64,000 nt of DNA, taken from assembly GCF_018350175.1 (NCBI RefSeq), contig NC_058368.1:196480001-196544000 (forward strand). Reading direction: 5' to 3'. The position numbers and the translations under genes were made by a program. Below the pieces are notes generated by a model that saw only the letters and a list, made by a program, of their open reading frames with translations, ran no database searches and was not told the origin of the DNA. Source of the DNA: Felis catus. Lineage: Eukaryota. Position 1 is the stretch's first letter. Each line of letters opens with the position of its first letter. This document shows positions 14,941 through 26,189 of this stretch, in pieces.

Positions 14941-15868
14941 CTTGGCAGGGGAAGGAGGGGAAAAAAGCCACCTACTCCACTCCTCTCAATAAATTAAATA
15001 ACACACGGCCAATTCCCGTGCCCTAAGCAAACCTTAGGCACTTGAGCCAGTCCCGCTGTTTCCTTATGGCCCAGTCTGCTTCCCCTTCACAGAAGGGAGT
15101 TTTTCCTACTGCCGCCAGGTTATGTCATGCCAGTGGGCCACATCCCTTCTGTGGTGAGGATCCAGGGCCCAGAAAGGATGTGGGGTGCAGCAGCAGTGGC
15201 CAGGGAAAGGAGGAAGGGGGTCCTCTTCCTTAAAGCTCAGGGCAGAGAAGACAGTCCTGGAAGAGAGCGGTGGCTGTTTCTCCTTCCTCAGCTTCCCCCA
15301 AATCTGGGTGCAGGAAGAGTAGGAAGGAAATGCATCCCCCCTCTGGGAAAATCAAGAGCCCGAAGGGACCCCTAGAGCTAATGAGGCCCCAAAGGCCCCC
15401 AAGTCAAAGGCAACAGGCTAAAAGGAAGTTGTGTGGCCACAGGGGCTGGAAAGAGTGTTCCCTGGGGTGGGAAGAGCTACCTCAGTGGCCTTCCCCCCCG
15501 GAAGGCCGGACTCCGCTTCAGCCCACCCCAGGACCTCGACCCGGACCCGCAGCAGGCCCCAGGGAAGCCATCCGCTACCAGCATTCCCTCAGCCTCCGTT
15601 CCCCTCTGTTGAACATCCTATATCCCCTAAGTGCTCTCTGGGGCTAGTAAGGAGTGTCCTGGTGCTTCTCCTGACCCCCAGGAGATTGAGAACCATGGCT
15701 CCCGTGTCCCACCATGCTCAGGAAAGGGAAGCTCTTTGGTCAGTCCCAGCATTAGAGGCCTCCCCAAAGGTGAACATTCCTGCTGGTTCCCTGGATGGAT
15801 CTGCCTCGGGCAAGGGCCTCACTATGGCTTGAGATGGTGCAGTCCCAGTCCCGGTGCAAGAGCCTGGC

Positions 15869-16336
15869 TTATACTGTCACTGCAGCCACCTCCTCTTCCT
15901 CACCCTCTTCCTCAGCCTCTGTCTTGATCTGAGCAACCCCAAGGCGGTAGAGGGTGTCGCGGATGACCACCTCGCCAGGCTGGCAGCTCTGCACGATGTC
16001 ATGGATCTGCCGGTTGACGATTTCGCGGCTGGTGAGGAAGTCCATGAGGCGGTTGTAGAGGTAATAGTGGGTGGCATTGTCAAAGGCAATGGGCCGCTGG
16101 CGGACACTGTTTGGTTTGCTGTCTGCAATGGAGGCCAGGATGGCTGCGTAGGGTGCTAACTCAGGGCATAGGGCTGAAGAGTGGTGCCCAGTACTGGGGT
16201 CACCAAGACTGGACTGTGTGTCTATATGGACGATGTGCCGTGCGGCAGTCTTGGTGGCCGGGTGCTGGACGGAGTGCTCAGCCTCCATCACGTCCACAGT
16301 ATAATGCTGGTCCAAGAGCTCTGGGCAGGATACGCT
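15869..16336 (-). CDS. HMGXB3: HMGXB3 exon 20 coding part (C-terminus, stop TAA)
   Basis: ctctag|AGCGTA; 468 nt; SVSCPELLDQHYTVDV...IAFDNATHYYLYNRLMDFLTSREIVNRQIHDIVQSCQPGEVVIRDTLYRLGVAQIK...VTV*. Confidence 0.96.
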   Translation of the reverse strand, partial: SVSCPELLDQHYTVDVMEAEHSVQHPATKTAARHIVHIDTQSSLGDPSTGHHSSALCPELAPYAAILASIADSKPNSVRQRPIAFDNATHYYLYNRLMDFLTSREIVNRQIHDIVQSCQPGEVVIRDTLYRLGVAQIKTEAEEEGEEEEVAAVTV

Positions 16337-17346
16337 CTAGAGGAGAGAGAAGAAACCACTTTGACATGAGGGAATGACTGAGGCAGAAGCTGTGTGGTGG
16401 GGGAGAATAAGGCTGTGGGGTCAGTCAGCCCAGTAAACCCTCACGTCTCCACATATGCCTACATCTCCTGGGGCAAGTCCCCTCTCTTCTTCCTCGGTGC
16501 CTCTGTCTCCTCGTGAGGACGGGGACAGCAACAGAGGCCACCTCCCAGAACAGATGTTGGATTACCTGAGCTGTTATCACTTACTACTGTGCCTAGTCAA
16601 TTTAGGCTGGGGCTGCGGGGAGTGGGGAGAAGGGGGCCCTCTCTGAGGCTCACTCGCCTTTCGGCAGTGCCCAGCACAAGCTCGCAGAGCCAGTGAGTCC
16701 CAGGGAATAAGGAAAAGATGAATGATGACAATGATGTCCCCCTTTTTCCTGTTGCCGGTCCTAACATGTCTTCCAGCAAAGGGCACATGTGTCTGGTAAG
16801 AATCACTGCCTGGTTCAAAGCACCAAAAAGCAGAGACAAGGGCTCTGCCTCTAATCTCCTTTTGTGACACTGGATAAGTCCACCTCCTTTCTCTGGACCT
16901 TACTCTACCCTTTTAGTAAGAAGAGTAGATTGGATACGACCGGTGTTTTCTAAGCCTCTGTACCTCTAGATCATAACAGGTATGCCACGCGGTATATTCA
17001 TGGTCAAATCCAACACCTGGCTGGTCTGGGTCTTTAGTACACCAACACGCATGATGTCTCCAAAAAGCGGCAATTTTCTAGGCTTATCTGGAGGGCAACT
17101 CCTTTGACTCCAAAATATCTGTTTGGGACATCCTGGGCACTCTTCAGTGACATGCTGTGGCCTCACACGTACAGGGATTGGTCAGTAAAAATTTGTGGAG
17201 TACATGCTGGTTCAGAGCATCAAGACAAAATAGTAGCGGAGACAAAGGATGCTGGAGATGGTTCCCGTAAGGCCTTCCCAAAGAACCAGGAGGTGAAACA
17301 TGGTGAGTCTGCGGGATTTATTCCAGTTCCTCAGAAGGGAACTCAC

Positions 17347-17556
17347 CACAGGTGGCTCCGCAGGACTAGAGAAGCAGCCCTGGTTCCTCCCCCACATCTG
17401 GTTGGTCAGCTCTGGGTAGCAGAGGTCAGCACACAGGGCCACTGGTGTGGCCATGTCTACCACGTAGACAGGTGGCCAATGGCGGGAAGAGACCAGCAGA
17501 TCCACATGGTCGCGGGCACTTTCGCCCCGCACGAGATACTTGGAGCCACAGATCAC
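17347..17556 (-). CDS. HMGXB3: HMGXB3 exon 19
   Basis: cccag|GTGATC...CCTGTG|gtgagt; 210 nt; VICGSKYLVRGESARDHVDLLVSSRHWPPVYVVDMATPVALCADLCYPEL... Confidence 0.96.
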
Positions 17557-19165
17557 CTGGGCAGGGAGATGGGAGGACACAGCACAGCCAATCAGCAGAC
17601 AGACTGAGTTGAGTCTTCACTGCCTTCTTCCCAGGAATAATCAGGTTTTGTGACTAAAGCCATGGCCGTCCTGCCAGAGCCCGTCACATCCTGCTTCCTA
17701 CTTCTGTCCCTAACTGAAGTTGTTAGTTCGTCCCCGACTTCCTGAGAGAATAGCTGGGACCATTTGGTCTTCAACTGAGGCTGAGAGGCCCCAAGGGCAT
17801 CTGCTCCAAACCCCACCCTCCACACTAACAAGCACTGTCGAGTCCAGTGGCTCCGATTCCCAGCCACACAGCACCGGCAGCTAACAGCTGGTTCAAGATG
17901 GAGGTTCCAGGGCCCCACTCCAAACCTAAGGAATTAACCTCTGGGGGTGGGGCCTGAGCATCTGTATTTTGAGCAGCTCTCCAGCAGACCCGGATATGTT
18001 GCCCAATGTTAACCAGGAAACACCTCCACCAACAGGGCCCCCCGCCCCCAGATGCCACTTCATTGCTGAGGAACTCTGTGTACAGTGGGGAATCCTGCAT
18101 CTGCCTCCACCTCCCTACCTTCACCCCTACCAGTCCTGGCTATCACCTCCTAGTAACCCTGCTCGCCTATCACAGCCCTGTGCTCTGCAGCTCTCACAGC
18201 CCTGTGTGGTCAAATGCTTCCCACGAGACAGTCCCCAGTCACATGAGCACAGTCCTCTGAGCAGGCTCTGTTCTGCCAGGGAGAGACACCAAGTCTGTCC
18301 TTCAGACGCAGCTTTTGTCAAAGAAGCTGATAATCAGATTCTCTTTGGCTAGCCAGTCGCCACGTCCGCTCACACACCTGAATTAACTGAAGGCTGTGCT
18401 GGCAATCTCTGCCCTGTTTAAATACTCGTTCAAGGGGTTTTCAACCCCAGCGTCTTCCTTGGCCTGCTTTGTCATACGGCGTGCAACGTTCCCAGAGTCA
18501 TCCCAGTGTCTACCCTGTTCAGGCTCTACTGACATAAGGCGTGCTCTTCTTAAACCAAAATCTGTACTACGGCCTCCCCAGTTCCCACTCAACTGTCCAG
18601 TGGGCCCTTCATCACTCTCAGAAGGAAACCCAGACTGCTACTGTGGCCTACAAAGCTCTACATGATCTGGCCTCTGGTGACCCTTCCAACCTTCCTCCTC
18701 TGGGCTCACTAGGCTTCCCCACTCAGGACTTAGTGGTCAACCCCTCCCTCTGCTGGAACATTACTTCCACAGCTTATCACTGGCTGCTCCAGACAGCAGG
18801 TCCCTCTCTGTTATCTTCTATCTCAGGTCTCATCTAGTTCCTTCAGAGCTAGCGCCATAAGCCATGGTGGCTTTATTTCCCCTCTAGAATGAGATCATCT
18901 AGTGGAGGAATGACATCTTCAGCGCTCACCTCTGAATCCTCAACAGCTATGCAGGGCCAGCATGTGGAAAGGGGATTAATCCTCATTGGTGACAATGCAG
19001 GCTCCCTTCCTAGTGCAAACGCTGGCAACTGACCCCTAAGGAGCTACTCCGCAGGCTGCCCAGTGACCTAAGTGCCAGCTCCCACAGGAGGAGCTGGATC
19101 AACCAGATTCCCTGTGTGGACAATCTGGTGTGGACAAATTCACAGTATCTTTCTTATCCTCTTAC

Positions 19166-19282
19166 CTGATGGGGGCACACCTTGTAGATTTTACCCCCCG
19201 TGAGATGAGGTGGGGGCTGTCTAACTCTGGTTCCATTCTGTACAGATTCATAGAGGGCCAACAAGGAGAAGCAGAGCTGTTC
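19166..19282 (-). CDS. HMGXB3: HMGXB3 exon 18
   Basis: ctccag|GAACAG...CATCAG|gtaaga; 117 nt; EQLCFSLLALYESVQNGARVRQPPPHLTGGKIYKVCPHQ. Confidence 0.95.
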
Positions 19283-20101
19283 CTGGAGCAAGACAAGATT
19301 AAAAACAGAGCAGTAAACGCTAAGGGACCAGGCCTGGTGTGCAGCACCAAATGCTCACTTCAATATCCACAGCAAAAGAATAAACTGTCAAGGCCAGAGT
19401 GGGCCTTGGAGCCTCACTAGCCCAAAGTCCTCTGAGGGCCGTGAAAGGACCAGGTCACAGAGCCAGCCAGAATGACCAAAGTGCCAGACTCTTGAAGCCT
19501 GGGGTCTTCCTACTTTTTACAGGGCAGGGAATGCTTCAAAAAAAGCTAACATTTGAGTCTGAACTTGAAGAAAGCGTAACATTTTCAACAGCATTATTAG
19601 TATAAAAAAAAGGAAATAATATATGTGTAAAACACACACATTCACATACACGTGTGCACGCACGCACACATGCATACACACACTGTCTCTCTTCACGCAT
19701 GTAACAGCATTCACTTTCTAAGAGCCAGGAGAGGTGATAACCACATACTGCAAAGTGCCTCCCTTACAACAATTTCATGGGTTGGTAGTTTGGTTATTGC
19801 CACTTTGTAAACCAGGAAAATGAGGCTGAGAAACGTAGGGGAGCTTATCCAAGATCACGCCCAGTAAGTGGGAGAGCCAGGATTCCTGACCCCAGAGTCT
19901 GGGCCCACAGAGGAACTGACTGGAGGCAAAGGCCTCCCATTCCTGTTATGCTCTGGCTGCGGACCACATCCCAGGCCTCCCTGACTGCCCGCACCTTCTG
20001 TCCGGTGAAGGCACTTGTCACGGGTGCTCGTATCCTTGCCCAGAAAGGGCAGCCAGCCTGCTCGCAAAGTCCCTATCTGCACTGCCACCCCCGACACTCA
20101 C

Positions 20102-20235
20102 CTTGGAGTCTTCTGTCCCAAAGGGGATGCCACACTGACTCAGCAAGTGCCGTAGCTCCTCCTCACTGTAGGAGCCAATCTCCTCAAGCTTGCAGGTGCC
20201 CTCGTGGAGTAGCCTCACCAAGGCACTGCCATGGC
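20102..20235 (-). CDS. HMGXB3: HMGXB3 exon 17
   Basis: ttgcag|GCCAT...TCCAAG|gtgagt; 134 nt; HGSALVRLLHEGTCKLEEIGSYSEEELRHLLSQCGIPFGTEDSK. Confidence 0.95.
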
Positions 20236-21074
20236 CTGCAAGAGACAGCCCTGTTGAAGGGGGGGTGGGGGGGCTGCTGCCAGCCAACAGACGTCACGGG
20301 TAGCCCCTCATGTGTGAGGATGAGAAGCGGGGGGGGACGAGGCCTAAGTACAGCAGGCGGTGGAAGCAGGCTCTGCCCCAAGCACTGCCCCGGGTGCTGG
20401 AGGAGGTGGATTCAAAGAAGGTCTTCTAACTTCTGCAGATATCTGAAGTCTCTCAGAACCGGCTTTCTACCCTTGAACATCTAGGGAAGAGATCCAGTAG
20501 AGTGTCCTCAAAGAACCCCAAAATGGGTATTTAAGAACCAAGATCTCAGATGCTTACCACAAGGGCAGCAGCAGATGAGCAGTAGCGCTCATTTCAAGAA
20601 CACTCTCTGTACATTGTGTTCCTGAACCTGCCTGGCCAACAGAGAACTATGTGGAGGTCTTAGAAAAGAAAACCAGTTTCTGGGTCTTGAAACAGTAAAC
20701 ATGAGGTGAGACCTCAGCAACTAATGTTAGGAAGCACTGTCTGAGAACCAGCCGATCACAACGTATTAAAATACTTTTAAGATCATCTGAGGTCACGTCC
20801 AGAATTTAAAAAATGAAATAAAATAGGAAATGTATTCCACTTGGTAAGGAAAAGTACCGTTTTGTGAAAGTTGGCTGGAAGCTCTCCAAAATTCTGCACC
20901 ATGACTTTAATCTCTAGGGAATTTTGTCACAGATTGTCACTATCTTTCTCCAAAGAGCCCTCTAGGCGAGCCTGCCCATTGCACCGCCCCCACCCACCAC
21001 TTATGCGGTCTGGCCATGAAAATGTCCCAGACTCTGGACTGGGCCCTCCCCTGACCTGAGTCAGGTGATCTCAC

Positions 21075-21294
21075 CAGGTACTGGCTGCACATCCAGGTTT
21101 TTGTCTTTCTCAGTGTTGACGACCACAGCTCCTCTCATGAGCGGTGGAAAGAAGGGGGCAATAACAGACGCATCAAACTTGGTGATAGGGATGCTGGCAG
21201 GGAAGGCCACCTGCTCAATCACCTCTGTCTCCATTGTGGCCCAAAAGTCCTCCACGTTTACCTCACTAGGGCCCAAGAACTCGGGCCAGGTGAA
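21075..21294 (-). CDS. HMGXB3: HMGXB3 exon 16
   Basis: ttttag|TTCACC...CCTG|gtgaga; 220 nt; FTWPEFLGPSEVNVEDFWATMETEVIEQVAFP... Confidence 0.96.
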
Positions 21295-22293
21295 CTAAAA
21301 GATAAGGACAAAAACGATCAAACTGTAGGAGCCACAGAGTATTAGCAACAGAACAGCCCCCCTTCTTGATACACTCCGGACAACAAAGGTGGGGGGAGGG
21401 GGGGGCATCTGACGGCCATGCACGGCCAGGGCACCCCCAGACCTGACATCTTAGTACCCAACTGCCTTTTGGCTGCATTCCTCTCTCCCATACTACAGCA
21501 CTCCCCAACACCCGAACAATCCTATGTCCTTTCTGCATCCATCTATAGTCTAGTCCTCTCCGTGACTCGCAAGGAAAGGGGGACTACCACTGACTACCCG
21601 CTATGTGCTGGACACTGATTACTGCTCTGTAAGTCTGGGAGTCTGTCTGAGGTGACACTAGTGCAGTAAGGGACAGAGTAAGAATGCGAACAAAGGTTCA
21701 GTTCCAAAGCCTAAGCCCTGTGTTCCTGCCACCCAGGGCGCTAGTGCACGCTGTGAGCAAAGAGCACAGATGTCCCACCACACTTTACAGCTACTGAGCC
21801 CACCCTCTCCACAAAACAAGGGGATGAGAAATGCCAGCTGACTGTGCTGCTGTGTGTGCAAACTGATGTGGTGACTGTCATCAGTCCAGACGGTCTTCCT
21901 CTATACAGTCCCTGAGGGGAGAGGCCACCAGACAGTCTCCTCAGGGACAAATGCAAATTTAAGTTCTGTTCAGAAACTTCTTGTTCCATTTCCCTGACAT
22001 CAGAAGAGCCTCCACCTGCTTCCCTCACACATCCGTCACACCACCCTGCACACACAAAAGGGAGAGAATAAAGTAAGTCCTGGTCTCTAGAAAGTACCAC
22101 AGAAGAGAAGAGATGCCTATACTGAGAGTGAAGGGAATTCTACGCCATTCTCTGAGAAAAAGCCTTGATCTGACCAAGCAGGTACCAGGCAGGTCTACGA
22201 GACTTAAGCTCTGCAGGGAGGTGGACATCTGTTTACTTCTGGAAACCAAATGGTCTCCGAAGCCAGATGTGTTTAAAAACAAAAAACAAGAAG

Positions 22294-22329
<36 letters not shown>
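22294..22329. repeat. (AAC)12 intronic microsatellite
   Basis: 12 perfect units counted. Confidence 0.95.
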
Positions 22330-22331
<2 letters not shown>

Positions 22332-22361
22332 AAATTGGAGCTCAGGGTCCCAGGAGTGAGC

Positions 22362-22590
22362 ACAGCAGTGCTTACAAACTCAGACTCTGGAGTCAGACAG
22401 CCAACACCAAGGTCCAGTTCTACCCCTCCTGGCAGGGTGAGCTTGGACAAAACCCCTGGGCTTCAGTCCCTTCATCTATAAAAATCTCACAGGCTTGGAG
22501 AAGTAAGTCCTATAATAAAGCACTGAGCAGAGCCAAAGAACTTGGCAAACGCAGTAACATGCTCAATAAACCCTAGCTGCATTACTATTA
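22362..22590 (+). mobile_element. MIR
   Basis: cagactctggagtcagac...ccttcatctataaaa...gtaacatgctcaataaa. Confidence 0.65.
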
Positions 22591-23171
22591 ACACTACACT
22601 ATAAAACCATGAGATGAACAGATCTGAAGAAGTTGGGCAATAGCCTCTTGATGACATAACACACAACAGCAAAATTTTTTTTATAGTTTACTTTATCTAC
22701 AAACAACACTTACAAGACTCCAGGAAGCACTATGCTTACGTTCATATGTCTTGTTATGTACCACCATCCTTCAAAGGAATACGTAATCAAAATATATGTT
22801 TTTTTTTTTTTTTTTTTAATTGGGAAGAAACAGAGGCATGTGCATTAAATCCCTAATAGGCTCAGCTGGCCATGCCAAAATGCACCCAAGCTTTTCTCTA
22901 GAGGGCCCGCACCCACCCCTGGTAGAGAACAGATGAGCTGAAGGTCCAGCGCCTCAAGAGACACTTCATGTTGCAAGTTCAGGGATGGGGAGCTCACACC
23001 CCACCACTACGCTACTGCTAGCCTACTCACAGGCATGCAAACCAGACCTCTCAGCATGATCGTGGGAGAGAGTTCAGGAACCTATGGGATTTTTTGAAAC
23101 ACCATGTAACCAGGTTAAGAAAAATTCCTATTCTTCTGAGTTTACTAAGAGTTTTATCAGAAATTGGGGTT

Positions 23172-23388
23172 GGGGCGCCTGGGTGGCTCAGTTAAGCATC
23201 TGACTTTGGTTCAGGTCATGATCTCGCGGTGTGTGGGTTCGAGCCCCGCATCAGGCTCTGTGCTGACAGCTCAGAGCCTGGAGCCTGCTTCAGATTCTGT
23301 ATCACCCTCCCTCTCTGCCCCTCCCCCACTCATGCTCTGTCTCTATCTCAAAAATAAATAAACATTAAAAAATATAAAAATATAAAAA
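23172..23388 (+). mobile_element. Can-SINE (SINEC)
   Basis: ggggcgcctgggtggctcag tRNA-derived head, CT-rich tract, A-tail with aataaa. Confidence 0.93.
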
Positions 23389-24561
23389 GAAACTGGTGCT
23401 AAATAATAATGAAAGCCTTTTTTACATCTAATGAAATGATCATATGGGTTTCTACCTTTTACCTGTACGGCAGCAAATTACATTAGTATATTTTCTAACG
23501 TTGAAACAATCTTGGTTTCCAGGGATAAGCTTAGTCATGATGTGTTACTCTACTCACTGTTATTATCCTATAGAGCACTGTGTCATCTATATTCATGAAT
23601 ACAATCAGCTCCGATTTGTTCTTATAGTAAATGGCTGGTTTTATTTTCAAGGTTATTTGGTCTTATACAATGAGGTGGAGAAATACATCTGCTTTTACCA
23701 TCCTCTGATCAGAATCATAGATTTCGTGGAGATGTTAGAATTAAGGTATAAAACCCATCTGAGTTTGGTATTACCTCTGCGAACGCTTTTTATTTAAGGA
23801 CCTAAGTCCCCGATCAGGTCACTCTTTTCCACACTTTCTTTCCATGGCTCTCATCTCACTTGGTGTAAGTCCTCACAGGGGCCCATGTGCCCCCATGGAG
23901 TCTGGCCTCCCAAAGCCTCTTGAACTCACACCTCCCACCACTCTCTCCACCGCTCTCCACCAGCCTCCTTGCCATTCCTCAACCAGGCAGAGGAAGCCCA
24001 CCTCAGACCATGTTTTGCTGCTCTCTCTGCCTGGAATATTCCTCCCCTGAGAGCTACGTGGGCTTCAGATCTCTCCTCAAATGCCACCATATCAGAGACG
24101 CCTCCCCCTACTACCCTCTAGAAAACAGGAATCCCGCTCTCCACCAAACTGCTCTCTTCTCCTCACCTGCTTTACTGTCACTATGCTACTTTTAATTACT
24201 ACCCACTACATATAATATAGACACTGATAGAACATACAATTATTAACAATGTTTGTTTCCTGTGAAATTCTCAAATTTGGGGATTTCCCACATTCCCAAA
24301 GCAGGATTTGAGCCCCATGAGCACAGGAACTTTATAGGTTTTTTACTGCCATGTCCCAAGTGTCTAAAAAGTGTACCTGGTTCATGTTTAATAAATTTGC
24401 TGGCAAGTAACCAATGCCGTAATTTCCATCCAGCCTTCCTTAGATAAAAAAGCCACTCCCCTCTCTCAGGCAGGACTGGAGCCATCTGTTCCTGGGACAG
24501 CATGAAGGAAGGTGGCTGCCGTAGTGTGAGGACAGTTCTAAAGGCGGCAGGAGATACTTAC

Positions 24562-24746
24562 TTCCACACTCTTCAGTGCCAACACATTTTCTTCATTCCT
24601 CTGGGCCATTTCCACTTTGGGAGCCACACCACAGATGCCACAGATCATGTCATTGTAGTCTCGGACAGTGAGGCACTCGAAAGCCCAATAGCCATTGCAC
24701 AGCAGCTCCTGCAGCTGGCTCAGCTCCTCCAAGGTCAGGGTCTTTT
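24562..24746 (-). CDS. HMGXB3: HMGXB3 exon 15 (Cys-cluster region)
   Basis: ttgcag|AAAAG...GTGGAA|gtaagt; 185 nt; KTLTLEELSQLQELLCNGYWAFECLTVRDYNDMICGICGVAPKVEMAQRNEENVLALKSVE. Confidence 0.96.
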
Positions 24747-24929
24747 CTGCAAGGAGAGCAAGAGTTCTGAGAAGTCACAGCAAAAGACCGTGAGGCCACT
24801 GGGCACGAGCCAATGGCCAGCAAGAACAGCAACTCTGCAAGACTGCTTCTCCCCTAAGAACACCCCAGGGTCAAGCACCCTGGCCCTAAGGGCTCGGGTG
24901 GCAACCCCAAAGGGCAATTCCAATCAGAG

Positions 24930-25170
24930 TTGTAACCACCTCGCACTAAGTACCTACTAGGCACTAAACACAGTGCAAATAACTTCAAATACGTTACTCA
25001 TTTAACTCTCACATCTTTATGAAATAGAAGCTATTCTCATCCTCATTTTACAACTGGAGAAACTGAGGCACAGAGAATAACTTGCTCAAAAATACACTGC
25101 CACTAAGTAGCAGTGCCAAGACTCAAACACAAGCCTGTTTGACCCCAGAACCTCTGCAGTACTCTATATG
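24930..25170 (-). mobile_element. MIR
   Basis: tcattttacaactggagaaactgaggcacagaga reverse MIR core. Confidence 0.7.
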
Positions 25171-25652
25171 ACCTCCTAGCAAGCAAGGTGCAAGGGAACG
25201 GAAACTGCAGGGATAGGAAGGGAAAAGCACCAACAGAGAGAAGGAAAGCAAGGGAGAAAATAATTGCAAATAATAAGGAGGGTGGTCACCACCCTCAGGT
25301 CTCAACATGAGCCCTGGGACCGGTAGCAGACCTCCAGAAGCTATGTACTCAGAGTGAGTCTGATCAACATGCAGTGAGGCCTTGTCTACCCATATGATCA
25401 GAGGATGAACTTCTAAAGAGTCAGCTTAACCTCGTGCTGGGCGTCCCTGGCTGGATGGAAAGACTCATTCTTCCCAAAGTTAATTTGGCATTTGTAAAAT
25501 TCAAAAGGAGGAGAGTACCAGGGAAGTCAAGAATGTCTCCTTTCCGAACTATCAGATTCTTCTGCAAGATGATTCTTTCAACCGAAGCCCAGCGCTGAAA
25601 ATTCCCAGGGAACTCAGAACTAGCACGGCAAAGGGAGAACGACAACCTGTAC

Positions 25653-25784
25653 CTGTCTGCTCCTGCACTGACTTCAGAACAGTGCTGATGGACACTCTGG
25701 GGTCCTCCCCCAACTTGATCTGGTTTCGGATTGCAAAGAGCAAGTCCAGGCTCACTAGTAGCTTGTTCCCCACATTAAAGAGAC
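25653..25784 (-). CDS. HMGXB3: HMGXB3 exon 14
   Basis: ctgcag|GTCTC...ACAG|gtacag; 132 nt; LFNVGNKLLVSLDLLFAIRNQIKLGEDPRVSISTVLKSVQEQT. Confidence 0.95.
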
Positions 25785-26189
25785 CTGCAGAGTTAAAAAG
25801 AAGCAACACAGAAACTCACGGTAAAACATCTGCAATGGCAAAAAATTAGAAACAAACTAAATGTCCAGCAATAGCGTAAGAGCTAAATTAATTATGGTAC
25901 ATTTCTCAAATAGAAAATTATGCATTAGAAGGAATAAGGTAAACCTAAATGCTCTGACATGGGAGCCGTCCATAATACACAGTTAAATGAAAAAAGCACG
26001 CAATTAAATGTGTAGAGAATGTTTTCATAAAAACAGAAACCCGTCCCTGTGGCCCAGCTCAGTCTTCATTACCAGCGGGGCTGCCCTTCCTCTACTTCTC
26101 AACAGCCACACTGTGGGGGAAGGCCAGGAGTACCCTCTAGCCCAGGGATGTAACAAAAACTATAAAATCACCACTAACAAAATCCGAAG

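Noticed and set aside
21726..21745. Second CTCF-like motif
   Set aside because: Needs a gap or three core mismatches; too weak
22025..22481. Poly-Gln and poly-Cys ORFs
   Set aside because: Artefacts of the (AAC)12 microsatellite and an adjacent MIR
23172..23260. tRNA-like A/B boxes at SINE heads as tRNA genes
   Set aside because: They continue into Can-SINE bodies with CT tracts, A-tails and TSDs
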